From Lentisphaerota bacterium (GTDB taxonomy: Bacteria; Verrucomicrobiota; Kiritimatiellia; PWTM01): a stretch of DNA of 64,000 nucleotides. The notes under the pieces are model-generated. The model made no database searches, was not told the DNA's origin, and saw nothing but the letters and a program-made list of their open reading frames with translations. How positions within the stretch are numbered: the stretch's first letter is position 1; the number at the start of each line of letters is the position of its first letter. The stretch covers positions 4,907 through 68,906 of the forward strand of contig VGWF01000003.1 of the NCBI GenBank assembly GCA_016873715.1. Reading direction: 5' to 3'. Position numbers and translations under genes: made by a program. This document shows, in pieces, positions 25,595 to 34,587 of the stretch.

Positions 25595-28398
25595 AGGCGC
25601 GCCTGGAACTTCTGCCGCAACTCCTTCGCCGCCTCCGTCTCGGGCAGCTGCGCCCACTCGGCGCGGCTCAGGAACTCGTCGAGGGTCTCCGCCGCCGACT
25701 TGAACTGGCCCAGCTTGCCGAGGCACTCCGCCCGGGCGATGTAGGCCCTGCCGACCCAGTCCTTGTGTCCGGCGTAGAGGACGTAGATGCGCTCGAAGTA
25801 GGCGGCGGCCTGGTCGTACTTGCGCTGGGCCTGCCACAGTTCGCCGCGGCCGTAGAGGGCGGCGGGCCACAGCGCCTTCCATTCCTTCGCGCCGAGCAGG
25901 TCCTTGTAGGAGGCGTCGGCCTTCTCGGCGTCGCCCTTTTCGCGGTAGAGGCGGCCGAGGACGAGCAGTGCCTGGGCGGCGTCGTCGGAACTGGCGTAGA
26001 CCTCGCGGATGATGTTGTACTGGACGATCGCATCGTCGAACGCGCCCGCGTCCATGGCCTGCTGCGCGAGGAGCCGGCGGGCGGTCAGCGCGTAGTCCGT
26101 CTCCGTGAACTCGCGGATGATCGTCTCGGCCGCGGCGCGGGCGAGGTCCGCGTTCTTCGCGGCGACGGCGGCGTCGACCATCCACTCCAGGACGCCGGCG
26201 CTGGCGTACGGGAGGTTGTCCGCCCGGAGCATGAACTTCTGCATCGCGGCCTTCTCGGCGTCGGAGGCGTTCGGATCGTACTGGATGATCCGCTCGAGGC
26301 GGAGCGCGAGGACGTAGTCCTTCTCCGTCAGGGCCTTCTTCAGCAGTTCGCGCGCGTCGAGCCACGCCTTCTCGCCGTGGACCTTCCCGGCGCCGCGGGT
26401 GCGGTCGACCCATTTCTCGAGGATCAGGTCGACGCCCAGTTCCTTGCGGTCCTTCCCGTAGCGCGACAGGGCGTCCATGAAGAACTTGAGCGTCACCTCC
26501 GGCTGGCCGAGGTCCCAGTAGGCCTCGCCGATCCAGTAGACCGCGAGCGGCACGTTGGATTCGGGCTTCGCGCGCTGGATGTAGGCGGTGAAGTGGTCGA
26601 TGCACTCCTGGTACTTCTTCAGCTCGCGCAGCATCTCGCCGCACCGGAACGCGGCGTAGTTGTAGAGCTCGATGTTGAGCTCCATCGGCAGGGCCTTCTG
26701 GTAGCGGCGGACGGCCTCGTCCAGCTCGCCGACCGCGCCGGAGACGTCGCCGAGGATCACGTAGGCCTCGCCGAGGAGCTTGCTCTCGGGGTAGCGCTGC
26801 ACGAACGCGAGGAGCTTGCGCTCGGCGTCGTAGAACTGGCTCAGGCCGAAGTCGCAGGTCGCCGAGCGGAAGGAGGCGTCCTCGGCGAACACCGAGGTCC
26901 CGAAGTTCTGCACGACCTTGTCGAAGTTCGGGAGCGCGTCCTCGTACTTCTTGTCGAAGAGGAAGGCCATGCCGAGCCAGTAGCGGCTGTCCGCCTCGCG
27001 CTCGCTGTCGGGGAACTCGCCGACGATGCGGCCGAAGTGCCGCTGCGCGTCGGGCATCTTCTCCTCCATGAACGACGCGTAGCCGAGCAGGAAGAGGACC
27101 TCGACGATGTCCTCGTGCTTCGGGCTCACCTCGAGCGCCTTCCCGAGCACCTGGAGGACCTTCGGCCAGTTCTGGGCGCCGGCGTAGATCTGGCCGACGG
27201 TCAGCGAGACCGTGTCGTAGTGCGGCCCGCCGGGGAAGTTGTCCATGTACTCGTGGCCGCGGGCGAGGCACTTGTCGTTGGGCTTGATGCGCGAGGCGCA
27301 CAGGAACGAGAAATAGAGGTTCTCCTCGCGCTTCTCCTCGAGGCCCTCCTGGAAGAGGTTGTAGAACATCTCGCCGGCCTCGCGCAGGCGGCGGGTCTCC
27401 ATGTAGGAGCGCGCGATGCGGTAGAACAGCTCGGGGTCGTAGTTCGGGATCTTCTCCAGGCCCTGCAGTTCGTTCTCGATCTCGGAGACGGTCTCCTGGG
27501 CGCGCAGCAGTTCGCGCGGGAGGCCGGGCGTCCGCTGGAGTCGCTTCACGCGCATCTGCCAGCGCGCGAGCTGGTCCTCGCAGTTGAGCTTGAGGGTGTC
27601 GTGGGGGTGGACGAGCCGGTAGACCCACAGGGCGTCGCGGTACTTCTCGTCGGCGAAGATCTCGTCCCCGGCCTGCAGCGCGGCCATGTTCATCGCGACG
27701 CTGCGCGACGCGAAGGAGCCGGGCTGGAGCAGCAGCGGGACCATCGGGTAGACCTTGTCGACGGTCAGGTCCTTGAAGTAGGAGGTCGCCAGCATCGCGG
27801 CCGCCCAGTTGCGGCGCATGGGGTCGGGGGCGGTGCGGTAGATCTCGATCAGCAGCGGCTCGGCCGGGGCCCACTTCTCCTCGGCGAGGTGGCAGCGGGC
27901 CATGCAGACGAAGATGTCCGTCCGCATGTCGAGCGGGTACTGGTAGGCCTTCAGCGTCTTCTCGTAGGCCTTCAGCGCGTCGGCGTACTTGCCCTCGTAG
28001 CGCCACGTGTCGCCGATGAAGATGCCGACGAGGGCCGAGTTGGCGCCGTACTTGAACTTCTTCAGGTACGTGTCGAAGACCGTCCGGCACTCCTTGAACT
28101 GGGCGAGGAAGAGATGGCAGAGGCCGAGGCGGAAGTAGATGTCCTCCATCTCCGCCTTCATGCTGTCGTTGGGGGACTCGCCGAACCACTCGATCAACTG
28201 CTGGAGGGGCGGAATGGCGTCCTCGTAGGCGCCGACCGCCAGGGCCGCCTGGGCCTTGGCCCGGACCTCCTTGACCGTGTCCTGCGCCGGCGCCGCGACG
28301 GCGCACACGCCGAGAACCGCGGCCGCGGCCAGCATGCGCAGCGCGCCGGGGACGGCGCGCCGGGGCGCGGGCTCCCGGATGGTCTCACACAACAACAT
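25591..28398 (-). CDS. Large exported TPR protein (BamD/CpoB-like repeats)
   Basis: Many repeats such as YFRLGLCHL, YWLGMAFL, YWIGEAYW, each followed by FP/YP turns. Start could be 28335. Confidence 0.85.
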   Translation of the reverse strand: MLLCETIREPAPRRAVPGALRMLAAAAVLGVCAVAAPAQDTVKEVRAKAQAALAVGAYEDAIPPLQQLIEWFGESPNDSMKAEMEDIYFRLGLCHLFLAQFKECRTVFDTYLKKFKYGANSALVGIFIGDTWRYEGKYADALKAYEKTLKAYQYPLDMRTDIFVCMARCHLAEEKWAPAEPLLIEIYRTAPDPMRRNWAAAMLATSYFKDLTVDKVYPMVPLLLQPGSFASRSVAMNMAALQAGDEIFADEKYRDALWVYRLVHPHDTLKLNCEDQLARWQMRVKRLQRTPGLPRELLRAQETVSEIENELQGLEKIPNYDPELFYRIARSYMETRRLREAGEMFYNLFQEGLEEKREENLYFSFLCASRIKPNDKCLARGHEYMDNFPGGPHYDTVSLTVGQIYAGAQNWPKVLQVLGKALEVSPKHEDIVEVLFLLGYASFMEEKMPDAQRHFGRIVGEFPDSEREADSRYWLGMAFLFDKKYEDALPNFDKVVQNFGTSVFAEDASFRSATCDFGLSQFYDAERKLLAFVQRYPESKLLGEAYVILGDVSGAVGELDEAVRRYQKALPMELNIELYNYAAFRCGEMLRELKKYQECIDHFTAYIQRAKPESNVPLAVYWIGEAYWDLGQPEVTLKFFMDALSRYGKDRKELGVDLILEKWVDRTRGAGKVHGEKAWLDARELLKKALTEKDYVLALRLERIIQYDPNASDAEKAAMQKFMLRADNLPYASAGVLEWMVDAAVAAKNADLARAAAETIIREFTETDYALTARRLLAQQAMDAGAFDDAIVQYNIIREVYASSDDAAQALLVLGRLYREKGDAEKADASYKDLLGAKEWKALWPAALYGRGELWQAQRKYDQAAAYFERIYVLYAGHKDWVGRAYIARAECLGKLGQFKSAAETLDEFLSRAEWAQLPETEAAKELRQKFQARL

Positions 28399-28468
28399 CG
28401 GGGGCATTGTTGCGGCATCGGGACGCCGCATGCAACAAGAAAGAGGGCCGGGGAAGCCCCCGGACCGG

Positions 28469-29425
28469 TCATCCGGCCCGGGGCGGACCGGCCGGGTCGC
28501 ACGAGGCGGCGATCGTGCGGGCGAGTTCGACGTCGATCGCGATCCGGGCGCGCAGCGCGGCGGCGTCGGGGAAAGCCTCGTCGCCCCGGATCCGATGGAG
28601 GAAGGCGACCTCGACCGTGCGTCCGTAGAGGTCGCCGTCGAAGTCGAACAGGAAGACCTCGAGCACCGGGCGCCCGTCCGCGCCGAACGTGGGCCGGGTT
28701 CCGATGTAGGCGGCCCCCCCGCCCCGGACGCCGTCGCGCACCGTGTGGACCGCGTAGACGCCGGGCGGCGGGTGGAGCTCGCGCAGGGCGTCGATGTTGG
28801 CCGTCGGGAAGCCCAGCTCGCGCCCGACGCGACGGCCGGGTTCGACCGTTCCCTCGACGCCGAACCATCGACCGAGCAGGGAGGCGGCGCCGGCCATGTC
28901 CCCGGCCGCCACGGCCTGGCGGACGCGGGTGCTCGACACCGGCGCGCCGCCGGACTCGACGGGCGGGACGAGGTCGACCGCGAAGCCGAACCGGTCCGCG
29001 AGGCGGAACAGCATCGCCGCATCGCCCGCGCCCCGGTGGCCGAAGCGCCAGCCCTCGCCGACCGCGATGCCGGCAAGGCCCGGCAGGCCCGAGGCCAGCC
29101 CGGCGACGAAGGCCTCGGGCTCGAGACGCGCGAACTCCGGCGTGAATTCGCGCACGAGGCATCCGTCGACGCCGAGTCCGTCGAGCAGCCGGAGCTTCAT
29201 CGGCAGCGGGGTGATCAGCGGCGGGGCGGCGTCGGGACGGAGCACCCGCAGCGGGTGGGGATCGAACGTCAGCACCCAGGCCTGCCCGCCCGCGGCCCGG
29301 GCGCGGCTCCGGGCGGCGTCGATGACGCGCCGGTGGCCCAGGTGGAGACCGTCGAGGAAGCCCGCCGCAAGCGCCACCGGCCCCGCCTCGCGGGGGACCT
29401 CGGACGCCTGGCGGACCACGCGCAT
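28469..29425 (-). CDS. ribF: Bifunctional riboflavin kinase/FAD synthetase
   Basis: GFLDGLHLGH, TFDPHP, VSSTRVR, GRELGFPTAN, GTRPTF. Confidence 0.96.
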   Translation of the reverse strand: MRVVRQASEVPREAGPVALAAGFLDGLHLGHRRVIDAARSRARAAGGQAWVLTFDPHPLRVLRPDAAPPLITPLPMKLRLLDGLGVDGCLVREFTPEFARLEPEAFVAGLASGLPGLAGIAVGEGWRFGHRGAGDAAMLFRLADRFGFAVDLVPPVESGGAPVSSTRVRQAVAAGDMAGAASLLGRWFGVEGTVEPGRRVGRELGFPTANIDALRELHPPPGVYAVHTVRDGVRGGGAAYIGTRPTFGADGRPVLEVFLFDFDGDLYGRTVEVAFLHRIRGDEAFPDAAALRARIAIDVELARTIAASCDPAGPPRAG

Positions 29426-30156
29426 CACACCGCCGGGAGCAGAACGGTCAGCGGGAGAAGCGAGGCCGCGAGATCCTCGCGGGTACCCTGCAGGATCGCG
29501 TCGAGCGGCCGGGCGTCGCCCACTTGGAACGAGCCCGAGGCCGAGCGCCGGAGGGACTCGAGGAAGGCCCCGCACCCGAGCTCGCGGCCGATGTCGGCGC
29601 AGAGCGTCCGGACGTAGGTGCCCTTCGTGCATCGCAGCCGGAAGACGGCGCGGGGCGGGTCGAACCCGAGGAGGGAGAAGTCGTAGACGTGGATCAGGCG
29701 CGGCTCGCGCGGGACGGTCTGCCCGCGACGGGCGAGCTTGTAGAGCGGCACGCCCTCCTTCTTGATCGCGGAGACCATCGGCGGGGTCTGCATCTGGTCG
29801 CCGCGGCGCGTCTCCATCGCGGCGCGGAGGGCGGCCTCCGTCACGCCGGCCGGGTCGCGTTCGGCGGTGACGCGGCCGTCGGCATCCTCGGTGTCGGTCT
29901 CGACGCCGAGGCGCATCGCGCCCTCGTAGGTCTTGTCTGCGCCCATCACGCGGTCGGAGACCTTGGTGCCGCGCCCGATCAGGAGCACGAGCAGTCCGGT
30001 CGCCATCGGGTCGAGGGTGCCGCCGTGGCCGACCTTGCGGAAGCGGAAGCGGCGGCGGACGGCGTCGACGACGTCATGGGACGTCATCCCGCCGGGCTTG
30101 TCGACCATCAGCAGGCCGTCGGGATCCGGAAGGTCGGAAGGCGGCGGTCGTCGCAT
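29425..30156 (-). CDS. truB: tRNA pseudouridine(55) synthase
   Basis: DKPGGMTSHDVV, KVGHGGTLDPMATG, QTPPMVSAIK, CTKGTYVRTL. Confidence 0.97.
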   Translation of the reverse strand: MRRPPPSDLPDPDGLLMVDKPGGMTSHDVVDAVRRRFRFRKVGHGGTLDPMATGLLVLLIGRGTKVSDRVMGADKTYEGAMRLGVETDTEDADGRVTAERDPAGVTEAALRAAMETRRGDQMQTPPMVSAIKKEGVPLYKLARRGQTVPREPRLIHVYDFSLLGFDPPRAVFRLRCTKGTYVRTLCADIGRELGCGAFLESLRRSASGSFQVGDARPLDAILQGTREDLAASLLPLTVLLPAV

Positions 30157-30157
30157 C

Positions 30158-30571
30158 TCAGGGCTCCTCGTCCGCCCCCGGGGAGCGGGGCGCATCGCGG
30201 GGGTCCGGCGCCGCGTCGTCCGCCGCCGGCTCCATCTCGGAGAGCAGCGCGAGGACGCGGTCGCCGCGTTCGATCGCAAGGTCGCGCTCGAAACGGAAGA
30301 CCGGCGTGTACTTCAGCTTCACGGCGCGGTGGCAGAGGTCCTGCAGCCTCCCGCGGTGGTGGTTCAGGTGGCGGAAGACGCGGGAGGCCTCGGCGTCGTC
30401 GCCGCGCACGGACACGAGGACCCGCGCCTGGCGGAGGTCCGGGCTCGTCTCCACGTGCGTCACGGTGACGGCGGCGAAGTCGAACGACTCGCCGGCCATC
30501 TCCCGGTACAGCACGGTCGCAAGCTCCCGCTTCAGGAGCTCGTTGATGCGGGTGATCCGCTGGCTCTGCAT
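30158..30571 (-). CDS. rbfA: Ribosome-binding factor A
   Basis: RITRINELLKRE, VTHVETSPDL, LKYTPVFRF. Confidence 0.95.
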   Translation of the reverse strand: MQSQRITRINELLKRELATVLYREMAGESFDFAAVTVTHVETSPDLRQARVLVSVRGDDAEASRVFRHLNHHRGRLQDLCHRAVKLKYTPVFRFERDLAIERGDRVLALLSEMEPAADDAAPDPRDAPRSPGADEEP

Positions 30572-30587
30572 CGCCCGGCCTCCGGCG

Positions 30588-32678
30588 CTACAACTCCTGG
30601 GCGATCTTCTGCACGTCGTAGGCCTCGATGAGGTCGCCGGCCTGGTAGTCCCCGAAGTTGTCGAGGCGGATGCCGCATTCCTGGCCGTCGCGCACCTCGG
30701 AGGCGTCGTTCTGGAACCGCTTCAGCGAGGCCAGGGCGCCCTCGAAGATGACGTCGCCCTGGCGCCGCACGCGGGCGCGGGCGCGGGACGTGATCTTGCC
30801 GCCGCGCACGATGCAGCCGGCCACCGCCCCCTTCTTGCTCAGCTGGAAGACCTGCTTGACCATCGCCTGCCCCAGCGGGATCTCCTTGATCACCGGCTCG
30901 AGCAGTCCGGCCATCGCGTTGCGGACCTCGTCGATCAGCTCGTAGATGATGCTGTAGTGGCGGATCTCGACGCCCTCGCGCTTCGCGACCTTCTCGACCC
31001 CCGTCTCGTTCGCCACGTGGAAGCCGATGATGATCGCGTTCGAGGCCTTCGCCAGCAGCACGTCGTTGGCCGAGATGTTGCCGACGCCCGTCAGGATGAC
31101 CTTCTGCGACACCTTCTGGCTCTTGATCTCGGAGAGGGCCTGCTGGATGGCCTCGAGCGTCCCCTGCACGTCGCTCTTGAGCACGATCGACAGCTCGACC
31201 TTCCTCGTCGCGTCCGTCTGCGTGAGCAGGTCGTCGAGCGACATCCCCCGCCGCGGCGCCTGCAGCGACTCGAGCCGGCGGGCCGCCAGCTTCTCCTCCG
31301 ACGACTGCTTCGCCTCGCGGTCGTTGGCGACGACGCTGAACTCCGAGCCCGCCTCGGGCACCGCCGTCAGGCCGAGCATCTGCACCGCGAACGACGGCCC
31401 CGCCGTGCGCACGCGGACGCTGCGGTCGTTCTCGAGGGACTTCACGCGGCCCCAGTAATCCCCGCAGACGACCGCGTCGCCGACCTGCAGCGTGCCGGAC
31501 TTCACCAGCACCGTCGCCACCGGGCCGCTGCCCGGGGCCATGCGCGCCTCGAGCACGAAGCCCGACGCCCTGCGGCGCGGCACCGCCTTCAGGTCGAGCA
31601 TCTCGGACTGGAGCAGGATCATCTCGAGCAGGTCGTCGATCCCCTGCCCCGTCGCGGCGCTGACCGGCACGCAGACGGTCGTTCCGCCCCAGTCGTCCGG
31701 CGTCAGCCCGTTCTGCTGGAGCTGGCCCTTCACGCGGTCGATGTTCGCGCCGGGAAGATCGATCTTGTTGAGCGCGCACATGGTCGTGACGTTGGCGGCC
31801 CGGGCGTGCTGGATCGCCTCCAGCGTCTGGGGCTTGATGCCCTCCTCGGCGGAGATCACGATGACGGCGATGTCCGTCACGTTCGCCCCGCGCGCCCGCA
31901 TCTGCGTGAAGGCGGCGTGGCCCGGCGTGTCGATGAACGTGATCCACCGGTCGTGGAACTGCACCATGTAGGCGCCCATGTGCTGCGTGATGCCACCGGC
32001 CTCGCCGGCGACCACCTTCGTCTTGCGGATGTGGTCGAGCAGCGACGTCTTGCCGTGGTCGACATGGCCCATGAAGGTGACGACCGGCGGGCGCTGGATC
32101 AGCTCCTCGGGCCGCTCCACGACCTCGGGCTTCGCCTCCACCTTCTTCTTGGGCGGAGCCGGCTTCTCCTCCTGGACCTTCTTCTCGTGCTCGACGCGGA
32201 TCCCGTGCTTGAGGCCGAGCTGGTGGGCCACGCGGAACTCGAGCCGCTCGTTGATCGACGCGAACACGTTCATCCGCATCAGCTCGGCGATCATCACGTT
32301 CGGCTTGAGGCCGAGCTGGACGGCGAGCTCCTTGACGATGATCGGTTCGCGCACGCGGATGATCGACGGCTTCTCGGGCTCCGGCGCGTGCGCCGGGGCC
32401 GCCGGCGCCGCGGCCAACGACGCGGCCGGCGACGGCTCGGGCGGCGGCGGGGGTTCCGCCGGGGCCGGGACGGGTTCCGCGACGGGAACGGCGGCGACCG
32501 GCTCGGGCCCGGGGGCCGCGGCCGGCGCGGCACCGAACATCGCGCGCGCCTTCCGGACCTGCGTGACCGATGCGTTCGCCGAGGGGTTGGCGGTGACGTC
32601 CTCCCCGTCGGCGCGGAGCCGGTCCATCAGCTCCTTCGTCGCAACGTTCAGTTCCTTCGCCAGTTCGTACATTCTCAT
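30588..32678 (-). CDS. infB: Translation initiation factor IF-2
   Basis: [43 protein letters not shown]. Confidence 0.98.
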   Translation of the reverse strand: MRMYELAKELNVATKELMDRLRADGEDVTANPSANASVTQVRKARAMFGAAPAAAPGPEPVAAVPVAEPVPAPAEPPPPPEPSPAASLAAAPAAPAHAPEPEKPSIIRVREPIIVKELAVQLGLKPNVMIAELMRMNVFASINERLEFRVAHQLGLKHGIRVEHEKKVQEEKPAPPKKKVEAKPEVVERPEELIQRPPVVTFMGHVDHGKTSLLDHIRKTKVVAGEAGGITQHMGAYMVQFHDRWITFIDTPGHAAFTQMRARGANVTDIAVIVISAEEGIKPQTLEAIQHARAANVTTMCALNKIDLPGANIDRVKGQLQQNGLTPDDWGGTTVCVPVSAATGQGIDDLLEMILLQSEMLDLKAVPRRRASGFVLEARMAPGSGPVATVLVKSGTLQVGDAVVCGDYWGRVKSLENDRSVRVRTAGPSFAVQMLGLTAVPEAGSEFSVVANDREAKQSSEEKLAARRLESLQAPRRGMSLDDLLTQTDATRKVELSIVLKSDVQGTLEAIQQALSEIKSQKVSQKVILTGVGNISANDVLLAKASNAIIIGFHVANETGVEKVAKREGVEIRHYSIIYELIDEVRNAMAGLLEPVIKEIPLGQAMVKQVFQLSKKGAVAGCIVRGGKITSRARARVRRQGDVIFEGALASLKRFQNDASEVRDGQECGIRLDNFGDYQAGDLIEAYDVQKIAQEL

Positions 32679-33940
32679 GGCTCGATCACACCGTGCTTTC
32701 GCTCGTATCCCGCCTCGGCCGCCCGGTGCACCGACGCGGCCGCGGCCGCGTCGAAGCCTTCCACCGCCTCCAGGTCCGCGATGTCCGCCGCGAGGATGCC
32801 CTCGAGCGTCAGGAAGCCCGCCTGCACGAGCGCCTCGGCCTTCTCCGGGCCGATGCCCTCGACGGCCGCCAGCTCGGCGATCGCCTTCGCGACCTTCTCC
32901 TCGAAGCTCACGTCGGCGGCCTCGCGCTCGATGTCGACGCGCCAGCCGGTCAGCTTCGACGTCAGGCGCGCGTTCTGCCCCTTCTTGCCGATCGCAAGCG
33001 AGAGCTGGTCGGCCGCGACGACCACGTTCACCGTGCGCGTCGTCTCGTCCGCCGTGACCCGGGTCAGCCTGGCGGGCTGGAGGGCGTTGGCGACGTACTG
33101 CTTGATGTCCTCGTGCCAGCGGACGATGTCGATCTTCTCGCCGGAGAGCTCGCGGACGATGTTCTTGACCCGCATGCCGCGCATGCCGACGCAGGCGCCG
33201 ACGGGGTCGACCTTCTCGTCCCGCGAGGCCACCGCCAGCTTCGTCCGAAAGCCCGGCTCGCGCGCGATGCCCCGGATCTCCACCGTGCCGTCGGCGATCT
33301 CGGAGACCTCCAGCGCAAAGAGCCGGCGCACGAAGTCGGGATGGGAGCGCGACAGGACGATCATCGGCCCGCCGGACGTGTTGTCCACCTTGAGAACCAG
33401 CGCCCGGATGCGGTCGCCGACCTGGTATTGCTCCGTCACCGGCCGCTCGGAGCCGGGCATCGTCGCCTCCGCCCGCTCGAGCTCCACGACCACGTCGCTG
33501 CGCTCGAACCGGCGCACCGTCCCGCTGACGATGTCGCTGGTGCTGTTCTTGTACTCCTCGAACATGCGCTCGCGCTCCGCCTGGCGGATGCGCTGCATGA
33601 TCGCCTGCTTCGCGGTCTGCGCCGCGATGCGCCCGAGGGTGCCGGGGCTCTTCTCCACCTCGATCGTGTCGCCGATCCGGGCGTCGGCCTTGATCCGCCG
33701 CGCGTCGGACTGCAGCATCTCCTCGCCGGGGGAGCGGACGGCCTCAACGACCCGGTACTTCGCAAACGTCTTGCTCTCCAGAGTTTTGCGGTCGATCTCG
33801 ACCCGCAGGTCGGTCGCGTCGCGGACGGTCTTGCGCGCCGCGGCGGCGAGCGCATCCTCGACGGCGCGAATGATCGTCTCGCGGTCGAGCCCACGCTCCC
33901 GCTGCAAGTACTCCAGCATCGCCAGCATTTCGTTGTTCAT
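32675..33940 (-). CDS. nusA: Transcription termination/antitermination factor NusA
   Basis: [40 protein letters not shown]; SD GGAGG. Confidence 0.97.
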   Translation of the reverse strand: MNNEMLAMLEYLQRERGLDRETIIRAVEDALAAAARKTVRDATDLRVEIDRKTLESKTFAKYRVVEAVRSPGEEMLQSDARRIKADARIGDTIEVEKSPGTLGRIAAQTAKQAIMQRIRQAERERMFEEYKNSTSDIVSGTVRRFERSDVVVELERAEATMPGSERPVTEQYQVGDRIRALVLKVDNTSGGPMIVLSRSHPDFVRRLFALEVSEIADGTVEIRGIAREPGFRTKLAVASRDEKVDPVGACVGMRGMRVKNIVRELSGEKIDIVRWHEDIKQYVANALQPARLTRVTADETTRTVNVVVAADQLSLAIGKKGQNARLTSKLTGWRVDIEREAADVSFEEKVAKAIAELAAVEGIGPEKAEALVQAGFLTLEGILAADIADLEAVEGFDAAAAASVHRAAEAGYERKHGVIEP

Positions 33941-33994
33941 ACCGACACACTCCTCCAGGCCCTGCCCGGGGCACCCTGCATATGGCAGAATGAC

Positions 33995-34045
33995 AAAGAA
34001 CCCCCGCTCCCCCGATCCTGCGTCGACCGGGGGGACGGAGATTTC
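33995..34045 (-). terminator. Hairpin with short U-tract in the nusA leader (putative attenuator)
   Basis: Minus strand GAAAUCUCCGUCCCCCCGGUC-loop-GAUCGGGGGAGCGGGGGUUC followed by UUUGUCAUU. Confidence 0.55.
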
Positions 34046-34064
34046 CCAAAGTCCACAAGATTTC

Positions 34065-34094
34065 ATAGTAAGCCGCACCGGCAAGTCCCGTCAA
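34065..34094 (-). promoter_or_regulatory. Putative sigma70 promoter of the nusA operon
   Basis: TTGACG-N18-TACTAT on the minus strand. Confidence 0.6.
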
Positions 34095-34197
34095 CTGCGA
34101 AGAAACGGAAAACGTCCGGCCGGAGGGCCTTGGGGAGGGCCCGCACCGTCGCGGCGCGACGGCTCGCGCGGCCGCCGCGGCAACCGCCCGGGCCGGT

Positions 34198-34491
34198 TCA
34201 GCCGTCCGGGCGCGACGGATCCCGGGGCCCCGGGGGACTTCCGCGGGGGTCGGCCCCCCGTCCGCGGCCTCCGCCCCAGGGATCGACGGTGCGGAGGGGG
34301 CGGTGGACCGATCGCAACTGCACCGTGAGCCGGAGGATGTGCGCGGCGGAGAAGAGGACGAACATCACGACCATCAGGAGGAATCCCGCGGTGCGAAGGC
34401 GGCTTGCGGCGTCCGCCGTCCAGACCAAGGCGACGCCGGCCAGCCCGCACGCGTAGGCGGCGATCCTCAACCAGAACTCGATCCGCTTCAT
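34198..34491 (-). CDS. Small two-TM membrane protein
   Basis: MKRIEFWLRIAAYACGLAGVALVW...GFLLMVVMFVLFSAAHIL; fills an otherwise empty gap. Confidence 0.6.
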   Translation of the reverse strand: MKRIEFWLRIAAYACGLAGVALVWTADAASRLRTAGFLLMVVMFVLFSAAHILRLTVQLRSVHRPLRTVDPWGGGRGRGADPRGSPPGPRDPSRPDG

Positions 34492-34530
34492 GCTTGGTGC
34501 GTAGCAGAACCGGGCGATGCAATCAACTGG

Positions 34531-34559
34531 TTTACAGACGCCAACACTTAGCCTACTAT
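34531..34559 (+). promoter_or_regulatory. Putative sigma70 promoter of the kinase gene
   Basis: TTTACA-N17-TACTAT; SD GGAGA before ATG 34588. Confidence 0.55.
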
Positions 34560-34587
34560 CCGCCGCGGGTCGGGAGACCCGAACGAT

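Noticed and set aside
20142-28306. Apparent long fusion ORFs (20142-22724, 23652-25118, 24521-28306) suggesting frameshifting
   Set aside because: The N-terminal parts are off-frame readings of upstream genes. Each real gene has its own start, usually overlapping the previous stop.
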